A DNA stretch of 64,000 nucleotides from assembly GCF_009914755.1 (NCBI RefSeq), contig NC_060934.1; one strand, 5' to 3'. Under the pieces are notes generated by a model. That model was given only the letters and a program-made list of their open reading frames with translations, did not search any database and was not told the DNA's origin. A program made the position numbers and the translations under genes. The stretch comes from the human T2T-CHM13v2.0 reference genome, Homo sapiens. Below are positions 44,553-59,215 of the stretch, piece by piece (the stretch's first letter is position 1; each line of letters begins with the position of its first letter).

Positions 44553-47289
44553 CTCATCTACATTTTGTTAGCATTAAAACATATCTCAATGGGTTTTAGA
44601 GTCTTCCAGATTACATTTCTCCTGTATCATACCTTTCATTTGCCAGGCTAAGACTTAACACAGCTGTTTGTGATCAACGTTCAATTACCCACCCTAACAG
44701 AAAAGTGGTTCAGAAAATCCTAAACAGCGGGTACTCAAAAATCATTTGCATATGGTTTAGGAATGCATCGTGTAGTTACAGAAAATTCGGAAACATCGTC
44801 AAATGTTGTTTAAATATTTTTTGACAGATCCTCAGATGGGACTCCCCCTCTCCAAACTACTGCATGTAAGTCTAACTTCAGGCATCAGTGCTCACACAAA
44901 TTTTAAAAAGTCTCAATTTCAGCAAGGGTATCCTATTTTTTTATTTGTTGAACTTGAGCAAGAATTCTTTTTCTAGAATTTGCTGGGGTGTTACTATTTG
45001 AGCTTCTGGTGATAATCATATTTAAAAGTACACTATAATATCACTAAAATGGTATTTAAAACAATTTTCAGAGGAGAGAATAATTCCACAAAATGACTGA
45101 AAACAAGATAACTGTGATTTAGCTGTGTATATTCACTGATTCTATATTTCTGTTGAAAAGATGTTTTCTGGATTATGCAAAATTCCTAAAAACCCTAAAA
45201 GCAAGAACTGACAAGCATCTTACTTATACCTTTTGGGATATCTTTTAATCACTTAGCATACCATAGGTATTCAAAAGTTCTTAGTATGGCCTTCCCCCCC
45301 AAAAAATTTCTCACTATCTTTTGTTTTTTTCCAGTCATTTTAATATTTTATTTTTCAACCATAGTGTTGTTTAGTAATGTCTATTAAAAGGGATAAAAGA
45401 TAATTTCTGATATCAGGGCAATCATATCTTAAGAATGCCAAGTTTTACATGGGTTTGAGAAGCTTGACAATAAACTTAGTATTTAAATTGATCACAGTAA
45501 GACCTCAGAACATTCACTAGAATGTTTTATCTACAATCTAATTTCAAAAAAAATAAAGAAAATGTGAAGGCTGGAAGCTGATCTTATAGGATGGGTAGGG
45601 TAAGGTAGGTACCCTAACCCTTGGGAACCGAAGAGGGGAGTATGGCAACCTGGTGAAAAATCCTGAATTTCCAACTTGGAGCTGGGCCTATCCCATGGTG
45701 AGACCTTAGCAGCTATCTGGAGAAGCATGTCTCTTCACTTAGGAAGTGAGAAAATCAAATTAGATAATCTCCATAAGTCTTGTAGAATGCTGAGACTTTA
45801 CGATTCATTCCAGAGAATTGCCTGGAAAATTAACCATGAAAGATAGAACAATTATCTTGAGACCATTTATAATAATCACCAAATACACATAAAATCAGTG
45901 TACTGCAAAAGTATGTGCTAAACTTCAACGCAAAAGTATGCACTAAACTCCAATGATAGCTTAATTTTGATTTATGGTAGAATCATTTTCAAAAATCATC
46001 AGTGAAATAAAGGGAGTTTTCTGATTAATCTTTGGCTAGCCAAAACAGTGAATCTGGAAAAACCTCTCTTTCCGTAAGTATTCCAATTTTATTTGGCAAT
46101 AAACTTACTAGTTGTTATCAAATTGCAAATCGTTGTACCCAAAATATCTGTCCATAGGTATTCACAAGCATCCAGTGATAACTAGCGCAGTCTAATTGTG
46201 TACAAGGCAAAGAGAAATTAAAGTAATTGGTGTGTCCAGGGACAGAACCCAAAACTTGGCCTCATTAATATTGGCTAGGCCAACTGAGCAGCCCATTAGG
46301 CACAAACTAATGAGACATATACACTTACCCCTGGTATGAGAGTCTCCAGGAAAATGCTACACATGACATGTACAATAAGGAAAAATGGCTAAAATCATCA
46401 GACACTAAGAAATCCTGGATGACTATAATTTACACTTTAGTTAATCAAGTCCTATTTAAAATGCCTCAGGGAACTGGTATTTAAAATTCTTTTATAGCAA
46501 TTACTTTTTTAAAGAGAAAGTAATGACCCTAATATATCTATTTTGCAAATCTATGTAGTTTTTCAAAAGGTAAAAACATTAAACAGCTCACCCAATAATT
46601 AGTTTTTTAATCAAAACCTACAAGGGAGGGAAAGGTACTTTTTAATAATGAAGTTTTGCAGGCAAACATCCAAAAATCCAACAGAAAATGTACCTGAAAA
46701 AAAAAAAAGCTCCAAACTTCTAAAAAGTAAAGATTATATTAAAAACAGGTACACCAAAAACACATAGTAAAAATCTAATATCAAACTTGTGTATGCTACA
46801 TTGATTTCCACCATCATTGTAAAACAAACTATCGTGATGTTATCTCAACTTAATAACAAAATTATTTGTTTCCAAGCTATAGGAATAATGTAGTTGTCAG
46901 TTTGTTTGACAGGGTCCAAGGGACAAAACTAAATAATCTAGAGGAATGGAATGTTGTTTATGTTTTTCATGTAGGACAAAATAAAATATTGAACGAAAAC
47001 TATTATTTCTAGAGAGAAGGCAAATTGGTGAAAATTTTCAGTCTGACACATGAGAGGACCTTTGTCTCATCAGGTTTTGATAATGAGATGTCTCTCCCCT
47101 AGTTGAAATTCGACTTGTTTTAAGCCAGAACATCGAAGAATTGGAGCATTCTACAAGGCAGAGTCATTCTTTTTATTGTGAGATACAGAAGGAGCCCTGA
47201 AAAGTCTTCCCCCATTCATTCTCTGTGCACTTGGGCCCTGCAGTTCTTCCTCACCAAGCAGAAGTCAGCCTTGGTCTTATGCTGTAAAG

Positions 47290-47815
47290 CAGAGGTCCCC
47301 AACCCCCAGGCCACGGACTGGTACCGGTCCATGGCCTGCTAGGAGCCGGGCTGCACAGAAGGAGGTGAGCCACAAGTGAGCTGGCAAAGCTTCATCTGTA
47401 TTTACAGCCACTCCCCACAGCTCCCATTATCGCCTGAGCTCCACCTCCCTTCAGATCAGCGGTGGCATTAGATTCTCATAGGAGCACGAACCCTATTGTG
47501 AACTGCACGTGTGAAGAATCTAGGTTGCTTGCCTCTTATGAGAGTCTGATGCTCTCATGATGATTTGTCACTGTCTCCTATCATCCCCAGATGGGGCTGC
47601 CTAGTTGCAGGAAAATAAGCTCGGGGCACTCACTGATTCTACATGATGCTGAGTTGTATAATTATTTAATTATGTATTACAATGTAATAATAGACATAAA
47701 GTGTACAATAAATGTAATGTACTTGAATTATCCTGAAACCATCCTGTGCCCCATCCATGGAAAAACTGTCTTCCACAAAATTGGTCCCTGGTGCCAAAAA
47801 GGTTGGTGACCGCTA
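47290..47815 (+). mobile_element. MER1A hAT-Charlie element (full length)
   Basis: CAGAGGTCCCCAACC...AAAAAGGTTGGTGACCGCT ends, about 526 bp, GGCATTAGATTCTCATAGGAGC core. Confidence 0.9.
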
Positions 47816-47842
47816 TGGTGAAGAAAATGCCCCACATCTGTA

Positions 47843-48073
47843 ATGCCCTTCAATCTCAAACAGATCACAGCAACTCTATCCCCATGCCCTTCAACCTCAA
47901 ATGGATCACAGCAACTCTAACCTCATAGGCTAGGTGGTCAAGGAAACCTCCTTTACCCACTCACAAAAAATTTTGTTCAAAAAATATTTTTTAGTCAGAG
48001 TCTCTAACATTCTAATAAGATTATCTTCATATTATTCAGAGTCTCTAACATTCTAATAAGATTATCTTCATAT
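47843..48073. repeat. Two unrelated tandem duplications, each with a 41-bp period
   Basis: 47843-47878 vs 47884-47919 (3 mismatches); 47995-48032 vs 48036-48073 (exact). Confidence 0.9.
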
Positions 48074-49859
48074 AAAATACCAGAACATGGATCAAAAAAA
48101 CTCATTACCATGAAATCTCAATCTAAGCTGCTAATTAAATATCCGACAAACCAGTCACATTGCTCCTTGAATCCTGCTACTCATTTCAGGCAGTCAGAAA
48201 CATCTATTAGTAGTGAAAACACTCTACTGTTTTAGTTGAAATAAATAAATAAATACTATTTATTTATTTCCCACAATCTACTAGTATGCAGCTATACTGA
48301 ACATACAATATTCAGGATGGAGAGTAGCTCTGTCTAAAAAGGTAAGTGAAAGCTATAACGAAAATTATGTTTTTAAAAAAAACCAGTGTGCATCTCTATA
48401 TAAAAGGACCAGCAGGAAAATAAAAATGTTGATGCATTAGATTCTTAGAGAATGGGCCTACAGGTGAGTTCAGATTTTTATTTTCATTATTGTTGTTATA
48501 AAATTATTTGTGCAAGAATTAAAAAGTTTAAAAACATATCCCTTTAGGTTAAGGGGATTTGATCTACTCTGGACCTGGTGGCATTACAAGCATGGAGAAT
48601 GGACGCTGCTCTACAAGGCAGAAATGAACTGCAACTACATAAAAGCAGGTCAAGTGCTAAATGGAAAATACATCAGAGGCAGTGATACATCATAATTCAT
48701 TGTCCTCCTGCCAAGTTCTAATACATATGCAGTTGTGTATAGGTGCTTTTTCCAAATTAGTACAATATAACCAGGAAATATCATACCATATATATAATTC
48801 ATGCAAAGCAACCCAACAGTTCAAAGGTTGGTTCCGCTGTTGCAATAACTAGATTAGCCTACTCCAAAACAAACACAGATTTTAAAATAGGGCTAACAGT
48901 AATGGAAATGTCACATATCTCATTGACCTAAGCAAAATAATTAAGCCAAAAATAATTCAGCAACTCTTCGCTTCCCTTCAAAATTCCCAAAGTACTTTTC
49001 AATTAGATCCTAACTGAGCAACTTAATGCCTATTAGTGTTACAATCAACCCAGCTAATTATTGCTCAAGGTTTGCCAGCCTTCCAATGCCTTAAATGTTC
49101 CTAAATAATGGCTAAAGAAGATTTCAACAAATGATACCTAAAATCCCTTTCAAAAATAAGTTCTGTGTTTCCCTAGTATCTTAATATATCAAAACATTGA
49201 TGCACACATGTACAATTTATAGGTTCTTGAAATAAACTAGCATCAATTAAATTATAATGAACAAGTCATTCTCATTTCATGTTTAAATAAATGACAGAGA
49301 AACTTGTTTTCTCTTGAGTATGAATTTCTATGATAGATCCTAAATAAAACTTGAAAATGTAAAATGAAATGAGACTGACAATAGAAAAACATACTCTCTC
49401 CAAATAGCATCAGAATAATAAATCCAAGCATCTGCTTTATATTCACAGGAACTTCTTTTCTTCTTTTTATTTCATTCAGCTATGGGGAATTGTTAGCACA
49501 GAACCCCCAACACCCACCAAAAAAATGTTATCGACTTACTATCTTTGGAGTCCTATTTTAGCAATTGTAAAGCATCGTTATTTGAATTTAGAAATTCATT
49601 TCTGATATTACATTTCTCAGGTATTTGCTAGATGAAATGTGGATTAAATGGGTAAAAATATTAATGTATTTTTCTAAGCTATTATACCATGTTGCTATAA
49701 TTGCATATGTACTATCTGTACCGACCGTTATGGGTAAACCTACAAACAAGATCATTGCTTCTTTTTTTTTTTTCCTAAGACATTCACATATAGCATTCAT
49801 TCTAACCAAACCCTGAGTGGGTATTTCCTAAGGACAATGTTTCCCTTGAAGCCCCTCAA

Positions 49860-51552
49860 ATGATAACAAGTTGAGTTGGATGACCCCATTCCTGCCCATT
49901 GCTGCTTCCAGGCCTTTGTTCATCTCTCCTCCCTGCTCTTTTGATATACATGTTGCTGGATGACACACCCATTACTCCAGCCACATCTCTTCATCTAATC
50001 TTTCTCATTTCTTCACCTTTCTTTGTGCTTTCTCAGTGACCTCAATGTCACTTATGCAATGCACTCCACATCCTCACTCCTCAATCCTTAACCCCCTCTC
50101 CCAAACACTATATCCTCCACTCAGCTCTGCCTCCCACCACCAGAGCCACAGACTGGAGCATGGTGCCAATAGCTGTGCTGCCTCCCAAATCTATTTCAAG
50201 CATCTCAGTCTATACTAGGATCCATCTGAGACTGAAGGGATTATAGCAATGCGGGGCATTTTCTTTAGAGCATAAGACCAAGGCTAACTTCTGCATGGTG
50301 AGGAAGAACTGCAATGAACAAGTACTCAGGAATAAATGGAAGGAGATTTTCCAGGGCTCCTTCTGTACCAGCACCCCTTATTTTTCCACTCACTCCTTTT
50401 AATACTTCAACAATCCTCTGACATCACTAGGACTTCCACTGACTCCACCTACTGGAATTGCCCACCAGTCTCCACAGCTTCATTTCTTTCACATGAAACT
50501 TATATTCCATGGTACAGCATTATGGTTACTTCCTTATGAGATGATATACCATCTTCATGGACTGGAAAACTGGATAAATATGTCAAGTCTTCCTCAAATT
50601 GATATATGGTTCAATGTAACACCAATCAAAATCAATTATCCTCAAATACTCTCCCCTTCTGCTGTCTGTGGGACTCTCCTAGCAAAACCCCAATTCTGGT
50701 AAAATCCAATCTCTTCCTACTCTGCGTTGTATCCAAAAGGCCCAGTGTGGTACAGAAAAACACATAACCATGCTCTCTGGCTCCAGCTTATGATCATTTC
50801 AACTAAGCCCTTAGCCATGTCTGGCAACCCCATGACTTGTCCTGAGTCCATGACTTTCCCATTCCTCAGAAAAACCCTTTCCACATTACTCTGCCTCCTC
50901 AACATTCCATATCTGTGCCTTCACTCATTTTCAATTGATAATAATTTTTATTTTACTGGAAAAATGGGACTACTTAGAAGAAAGCTTTAGCATTTTCCCA
51001 CCAAAAAAAAATTGACCAACCCTCTGCCTTGTCTCTGTTTCAACAGATGAACTGTCCTGGCTCCTAGCTAAAGCCAACTCCTCCCTCCATTGTGCAATAA
51101 GTCCTATCCCCCCTTGCCTAGCCAAGGACTTTGCCCCCAGAATTAACCTCTCTCTCCTCCATCATCAAATTGTCTCTCTCTATTGGGTCACTGCCATTAG
51201 CATACACACATACTGTGTCACCTAGATCCCTGTTTTTCTGCTACTCTATAGCAAAAACTCCTCAAATAGTTATCCAGATTCACAGCTTTGACTTCTCTTC
51301 TCTTACTTGGGCATGAGCACACTGCAAGCAGATGTTTGTCCCACCACACCATGGAAACCACACTTGGCAAAGCCACCAGTGAACTCCACATTGCTAAATC
51401 CATTGGGCAATTCTGCCATCAACTTCTTGGGAGCATTTGAGCAGAGTTGAACCGACCCTTCTTGAATGATTTCCTTCACTTGACTGCATCCCAGTCCATA
51501 GAGAAGTGCATGGCACACATTAGGTACTCAATACATATTTGCTGAATGAATA
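49860..51552 (+). mobile_element. L2 relic
   Basis: Pyrimidine-rich L2 body; 3' end TAGGTACTCAATACATATTTGCTGAATGAA; boundaries approximate. Confidence 0.6.
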
Positions 51553-51959
51553 ATTGGTCCATTGAAATTTACACAGTTCTTATTTTCATAACTAAATATT
51601 ATCAGTATGAATTTACAGTAAATGTCAAAACCATGATTACTTTAAGAATTTTTGCTGCCAGAATCTGATTTGTCACTTATTTAAATAAGTGGTCAATTTT
51701 CTAAAGTGATGCTTTTAGTACAAATGAATAGAAGATTTGTAATCTTGGGAGATGGGTACATATTAAGTACTTGTCTCTCGAGGCAGCCAAAATCTTAAAA
51801 TCACCATTTCCCCCCAACTTACCTAGTTTAAAAACATATTTAATCCAACTTTACTTTGGGGAGGTTTTTTGTTTTTGTTTTTGGAGGAAATGATTTCCAA
51901 AGGTGATCATTCAAAACATGTCTTAGCCTTCATTAGCAATTTGTGAAAACCAAAATAAA

Positions 51960-52295
51960 AGATGATATACCATTCTTGTGGACTGGAAACCTCAATAAAT
52001 ATGTCATAGTCTTCAAATCGATATATAGCTTCAACGTAACTCCAACCAAAATTCCAAAAAATGTTTTTTTAGAATGCAGTAATTTATATGGATGAATAAA
52101 CAACCAAAAGAAACCATAAATTTATGAAGTGTGAGAAGACAGGGAGGGAGGAGGGGAGTGCTGGCCTTTCTGGAGAAGAAAAATATTACAAAAACTTCAT
52201 GAAGTACTAGCATGGGACTAGATAAATTGATCAACAGAACAAAGCAGAAGGCCCAGCAATAGAACCCCACTTATATTGACATTTGATTTATGACC
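51960..52295 (+). mobile_element. Old L1M ORF2 fragment
   Basis: Degenerate match to the ORF2 region encoding IPCSWIGR...[11 protein letters not shown]. Confidence 0.55.
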
Positions 52296-52370
52296 ATTAT
52301 ATCTGAGGGATTCTTGTTCCTTGGAGGATCACATGCTCAATGAACATTTACAGGAGTAAATCTTTTGGAG

Positions 52371-52837
52371 CAGGGGTCCTTACCCTGACGTCTGCAGAGG
52401 TTGGGGGGTGGGCTGTGGATAAAATTCAAAGAGTCAGTAAATTCAAATGGGGAAAAAGAACATCTTTATTTTTACTCACCTCTAACTGAAATTTAGCATA
52501 CCAATTACTGCTGAAATATGAGCAGAACCTGTGATGTTAACATTGATAAAAATCGGAAATATTTTCCTGTCACATTAGAGTTGTTACAGATATCTTGAAG
52601 TATTATTTATACTTGTCATTAAATTGAAGTTATGTTATTTGGCATCTTAATAATGAAGCCATATTATTCTATTATGAATTATTTTTTAATATTTTGATAA
52701 CTATATTTTAATATACTTCATTTCCATGTGATTAATTGTATTTAATGGAATTAAAAACATTTTTTCTAAATAGCAGCCAATAAACTTTATACAACTGCCA
52801 AAAGGGTCCATGGCATACAAAAAGCTTAAAACCCCTG
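52371..52837 (+). mobile_element. hAT-Charlie element (Charlie4a-like)
   Basis: Terminal inverted repeats CAGGGGT...ACCCCTG; GCCAAAAGGGTCCATGGCA subterminal motif. Confidence 0.7.
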
Positions 52838-52861
52838 CTTTGAAATGTTAACAACACTTAC

Positions 52862-53209
52862 AGCTATGTTTGTGTCCTCCCCAAATTCATATGTTGAAGC
52901 CTAATCTCCAGTGTGATGATATTTGAAGGTGATGGCCTTCGGGAGGTAATTAGATCATGAGGACAGGGACCTCGTGATTGGGATTAGTGTCCTTATAAAA
53001 CCACAGCACTAGCTCTCTCTCTCTCTACCATGCAAGGATACAGAGAGAAGACAGCCATCTGCAAACCAGCAAGAGGGCCCTCACCAGACACCAGATCTGC
53101 TGGCCCCTTGATCTTGGACTTCTCAGCCTCCAAATCACTGAGAAATAAAGGTCTGTTGTTTAAGCCACCCAGTCTATGGTATCTTGTTGTAACAACCCAA
53201 ACTAAGACA
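52862..53209 (+). mobile_element. MaLR solo LTR (MLT1A0-like)
   Basis: CCCCAAATTCATATGTTGAAG motif, ACTAAGACA end; 5-bp TSD CTTAC. Confidence 0.88.
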
Positions 53210-54158
53210 CTTACCTCCAGGCCAAAGATATCTCAGAGAACCAACACTGTGCAGAGAATTTATGCAAGTTAAAATTACTCACTAAATGCAGCTTAGCCAG
53301 CCTAGCAAAATGACATTTTTCTTTCTGTCTCACCCAGTGTGACTCAGTCACTAATCTTCAGCCAGAAAGAATGCTTGCCACTATTTACTACATCCAGCAG
53401 ATAATCCCTTGGTTTCAGATCATTCATCCCTGCTCTGATTTTCTCATTACCAATCTGACTGCAAAATCCTCTCCACATCCTGCTTTTCTCCTTCCCTTTC
53501 TTCCTGCCCCACTACTCAGTCCACAAACCTGGGCACTCTATTTTGCACGCTGTCCATCAATCAAGCTCTGCCCTATACAACAAATTAGCATCCCTAACAC
53601 ATACTCTGACATTTGACAGCTTTTCTCTACAGGGACACAGGGGCTATAATTTAATAAACAAAACCTATAGAGAAGTATGAGATATTTCCACATTGGTTCA
53701 TTTAACAATTTTCTCTGCAGCAAATGAAATGTTCTAGACTTCATTCCTATTTCCTAAATGGGGAATTGGCTCTCTGACTTAATGAAGAATGTATATAGGA
53801 GATTTTTTACAGTACATTTATAACTGTCAAGCCCTCAAAAAAAAAATGCTATTAGCTTGATGACAAAAAATGTTGAAAAATTATCTATAAATAGGTGGTT
53901 CTAAAGTTTGAAAATTTTTATGACAGTGTTATAAACACTGTCATATTGTGAAATTGACAATCAATTTAGTCACATTTATTATCATAAATTTTGAACAAAA
54001 TTTAAATCAATTAGATTTTCATGGAAAAGATAAAATTTTCCCTGATATTTGCTTTTTGGGACTGTTTTAAAGAAAGTGCCCAGCTGACAAATGTATGCCT
54101 ATAAAACCAGAGGTTCTACTGAGATTTTTAATTTGTTTATATAAATGCTCATTTTTCC

Positions 54159-54672
54159 TTTTTTTGTTTTGTTTTTAATTTTTTTAATTTTTTTCTATTT
54201 TTATATTCAGGGGTACCGGTGCAGTTTGTTACATGGGTATGTTTCATGATGCAGAGGTTTGGGCTTTTAATGACCTCATTGCCCAGGTAGTGAACATAGT
54301 ACCCAATACTTTGTCAACCTTTGCTCCCTCCCTCCCTCCCCCCCTCCCCTTTTTGGAATCCCCAGTGTTTATTATTCCCATCTTTGTGTCCATATGTACT
54401 CAGCATTTAGCTCCCACTTACAGATGAGAACATGCAGTGTTTGGTTTTCTGTTCCCACATTAATTTGCTTAGGATAATGACCTCCAGCTGCATCCATGTT
54501 GCTACAAAGGACAAGACTGTATTCTTTTTTATGGCTGTGTACCATTCCACGGTGTATGTGTACCACATTTCTTTACACAATCCACCACTGAAACGAACCT
54601 AGGCTGATTCCATGTCTTTGCCATTGGGAATGGTGCTGTGATAAACATGAATGCAGGTATCTTTTTGGTAGG
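54159..54672 (-). mobile_element. 5'-truncated L1 3' end (L1PA15-16-like)
   Basis: Reverse 3'UTR/ORF2 end (TTTAGCTCCCACTTA..GAGAACATGC, CCTCCAGCTGCATCCATGTTG) with T tail. Confidence 0.88.
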
Positions 54673-54839
54673 AATGCTAATCCTTATGTTTTTAAAAGTA
54701 ATGAAATAAATTACATTTTCACTTTTTAAAAATTACTTTGCTAATTAGTAGTAATTAAACGTTGGTTTAAAAATAGATATTACAGATGTATATGAACATT
54801 TTTTATGTTTTATGACTATCTAGCATCTTTTGAATGCCA

Positions 54840-55653
<814 letters not shown>

Positions 55654-55984
55654 TGCAACTACAAAGTCTTTTAGGGAGTTTTTCAAAGTCTTTTTAAAAC
55701 AATCGTGTCTACGTGACGTTTTAAAACATGTAAAATCCCAAAGAAAAAAGATTAAATAGGGGTGTCTAATTCTATTAATATTTAAGAGGATATATTCATG
55801 CAACCTCTGGTCATGAAAGTTTTGCTAGCAAAGGACATTACCACATTGCAGGCAAAAGATACCACTAAGTTATGAATGACGTTGATTTACTGGTAAGGTG
55901 AGAACAAGGATCTAAATGTAAAAGGAGCTTATTAATCCAAATGAAAATCTTACAAGGGCAGGGAATTTTTAACATATGTACACA

Positions 55985-56365
55985 TATTAGCTATTTCCAC
56001 AATTATACTGCATAGCAAACTAGCCCAAAAGTCAGTGGCTTACAATAATAGGCATTCACGCGTCTTGCTCATGAGTCACAGTCTACTTAGTTTTAGGTTT
56101 CAGGGTGGCTTTATTTCTGCTCCACATGTCTCCACACCCTGCTAGACGGCAGCTATACAGAACATGTTCTCACAATGGGTTGCAGGGATGCCATGGAAGC
56201 CCATCTAAGACCTCTGCTAGTATCATGTTTGTTCAAAGCCCATTGGCTGGCAAGAGTCACATGACCATGACCAACACCAATGGGGCAACAGTACCTTCTC
56301 TAATAGAAGATCTACAGAGTCACATGGCAAAGATGTGGGCATACGATTCAAAAAGGGGGAGGTGA
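55985..56365 (-). mobile_element. Old MLT1 LTR
   Basis: ATTAGCTAT...AGCAAACTAGCCCAAAAGTCAGTGGCTTA and CCCATTGGC..AGTCACATG motifs. Confidence 0.55.
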
Positions 56366-57116
56366 CGAAGGGAAGGAAAACACTTCGACAATTACAGAGG
56401 CACCTACTCCCTGATCTGGGGCACTGCCACCCTAACTAACTCTCTAAAGAATATAATACATTGGTTTATCACAGCTTAACAGGCTTTAGCCACCCATCGT
56501 CATCTCACCCAAGGGCACCGCACATTACTCATAAAGGTCAGACCAGCCCCTCACAATGTCAAATTAAACCACAGCCACATAAACAACTGCAGCCATCTCA
56601 CAACAGAATCATCTCACAGCAGACAAAATAAAATGTTACATAACTCCAATTACTGAACCTCAGAATGCAAAGCGATTCTTCCCATCCCGTAATTTAAACT
56701 GTCTTTCAGTTCAGCCAGCTAAATCATGTTTTCTCACACTTTGAATTACGCTGACCTGAAAGGAATATACCTTTTCACTGAGTCATTTATTTTATGTCAT
56801 ACTTAATTGCTCTCTTTAGTCTCTCCATGTGTAGTCAATTTATCAGACAAAATGTATTTGAACTTGAAGCTGATTCCATATAAGAGAAGCTAGAGGCAAA
56901 GTACAGGGAAGCCAACTCCAGGGGGATCTTTCAATGAATTTCATCTATGAGATCCAAAAAGAGTAATTGCGTCTATAATATACATTAATTCAAGCCTCAA
57001 AAATCACTGCATTAATTAATGAATAAGATTCAAATGTAACTAATTCAACGTCTTTTTGCATTCAAAATCCAGACTCAAAGATAATTACTTCCATTGGCCG
57101 TAATATAAAAAGCCAA

Positions 57117-57558
57117 CAGTTGACCCTTGAAGAATGCAGGCATTAAGGGCATTGACCCCCCCGTACACTCAAAAATCTGCATATAACATTTGGTCCCCCA
57201 AAAAACTTAACCACATATAGCCTGCTATTCACTGGAAGCTTTACTGATAACATAAACAGTCGATTAACACATAGTTAGTATGCTCTATATTATATACTGT
57301 GTTCTTACAATAAAGTAAGCTAGAGAAAAAATGTTATTAAGGAAATCATAAGGAAGAGAAAATACATTTACTATTCATTAAGTGGAAATGGACCATCACA
57401 AAGGTCTTCATCCTCATTGTCTTCATGTTGAGTGGGCTGAGGAGGAGGAGGTAGAGGGGGGGGTTGGTCTTGCTGTCTCAGGAGTGGCAGAGAGGGAAGA
57501 AAATCCACTTGTAAGTGAACCCATGCAGTTCAAACCCTTGTTGCTCAAGGGTCAACTG
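57117..57558. mobile_element. Tigger2a-like TcMar-Tigger element
   Basis: 14-bp terminal inverted repeats CAGTTGACCCTTGA / TCAAGGGTCAACTG, TA at the right end, about 440 bp. Confidence 0.9.
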
Positions 57559-59062
57559 TAGTTATACCAAATTAACTTACAAAAGTAACTAAAAATGCTT
57601 ACAAACACCTCTCCCAAAAGCCAACCACAGACATCCACATTGGGTTGGAGAAAACACGGAGGGCATGGGGACCCCCCTCACCTTTGAAGCAAAGTCTGAA
57701 CGTCAGGACAGGGAAAAATGCCAAGGGAAAATGATCTTGAAAAGAAATGGTTATTCCCCTCTGAGAAATGTACAGCACCCCCCAGTCTCTGAGAACAGGA
57801 GCCCAGAGCTGACAGAGCCGGCATGCAGGGCAGACATCATAAAAAAATGATGTTTCCAGTCCCTGGGGGTGGGGACAGCAGCTAGTGCTGTTTTCTTGGG
57901 AAGGCAACAGATTAGCAATTGCAGCCGTGTGAAGGCGGCTGCTTGGTCACCTTTTCGGTGCAGGACAATCACTGTCATTTTTGTACAAAATGAGAGCTGC
58001 CACATACAAGGAAAAAGGGTCCCTGAGCATGAGGAAGGCCTAAAAAGTAAAGATCCTCCAGTTCAGTGTAATTATGAGGGGATTTGCAGCAGCACCGCAC
58101 GCTGAGGAATACCAATGAGAAGCTCTATGGTAACCGAGCAGACAAATCTATCAGCAAGATAAATAGGAGGACGCTGGAGAAACGAAATGAACTCCCAACT
58201 TCACTGCTCTATATTTTTGTAAACTGTTGCTAATAAACCCTCCACATCAAAACATCCTTGAATTCCTTTTTAAATTTCCAAAACCTACTTTCAGGGTTTA
58301 TTCTTGAGCAGTTTTCACACATGCTGAAGCTGACGCAGCTGTTGCCGAGCCACCTCTGCAGATGCTGCTCGGCTTGAAAATAATTATTTCTGAGTGGGGA
58401 AGGCCCGCTCTGAGCTAGATGTTGTGAGCAGCAATTCTTACTGCTGTACCCACCAACTTACCCTTTGTGGGACTAATTCTTTTTCCTTTACAGTTTATTA
58501 TGAAAAAAAAAATCTGCACCTCCATACTTCCAATTTTAATCTTATAAAGGAAGAGTACCTTTTATAAGATTCCTTCTGTGGCCAGATTCCTTCACACAAC
58601 TTATCTTCGCCAGCAAGGTTTAGAGAACAGCGCGTTCTGGCTCCTAACTCAGGCAATACTAATGGGGGTTCTCAGGTCAGACACAGCATAAACCAAAGAA
58701 GGCTGGAGACTTCTAGATGCTTCTTACAGCAAGTGAAACAAAATCGGTTAATGTGCCACTACGATGTGATACGCTTTCAAGGTTCTCCCATGTGAAGTTT
58801 TAGGAGAGGCCTTTTCCCCAGGGGGTAGGGCAAACTAACAAATTTTGGGGATATGATTTCCAGAATGCTTTTTTACTTGCAATTGCCATCCCACTCCCAA
58901 ATGTAAGAATAACAGCTGTCATTTTCAACACTGATCAATGTCACTTTATAGACAGCGAAGTGAAAATGCAGAGTATCCTGAAGACAGTGATTGTGGTTAT
59001 TTCCTGGGTGCCTGGAAGTGCCAAGGATTGTCCTAGGTCTACTGGATCGATGCCTTATCACC

Positions 59063-59215
59063 AACCTCACAATAACCTTTTGGGAGAGATAAACATCACC
59101 ATTCTAAAATAAAGAAAATGAGAGTTTAAGTAACTTGTCCGAGGACACATAGTATTAAGTGGCGGAGACAAATTGAAACCCAAGTTTAACTTGTTCCAAA
59201 ACCCTCACTCTTTCC
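59063..59215 (-). mobile_element. MIR
   Basis: TTAAGTAACTTGTCCGAGGACACATAG core. Confidence 0.7.

Noticed and set aside
45905-45954. 25-bp tandem duplication; similar small ones at 21781-21888 and 59331-59351
   Set aside because: Ordinary slippage or fold-back scars with no further structure.
48238-48270. AT-rich hairpin as a terminator or ncRNA
   Set aside because: Inverted (AAAT)n/(ATTT)n microsatellite; low complexity.
53209-53220. Strong minus-strand donor GAG|GTAAGT at the MLT1A0 TSD
   Set aside because: No matching acceptor nearby.
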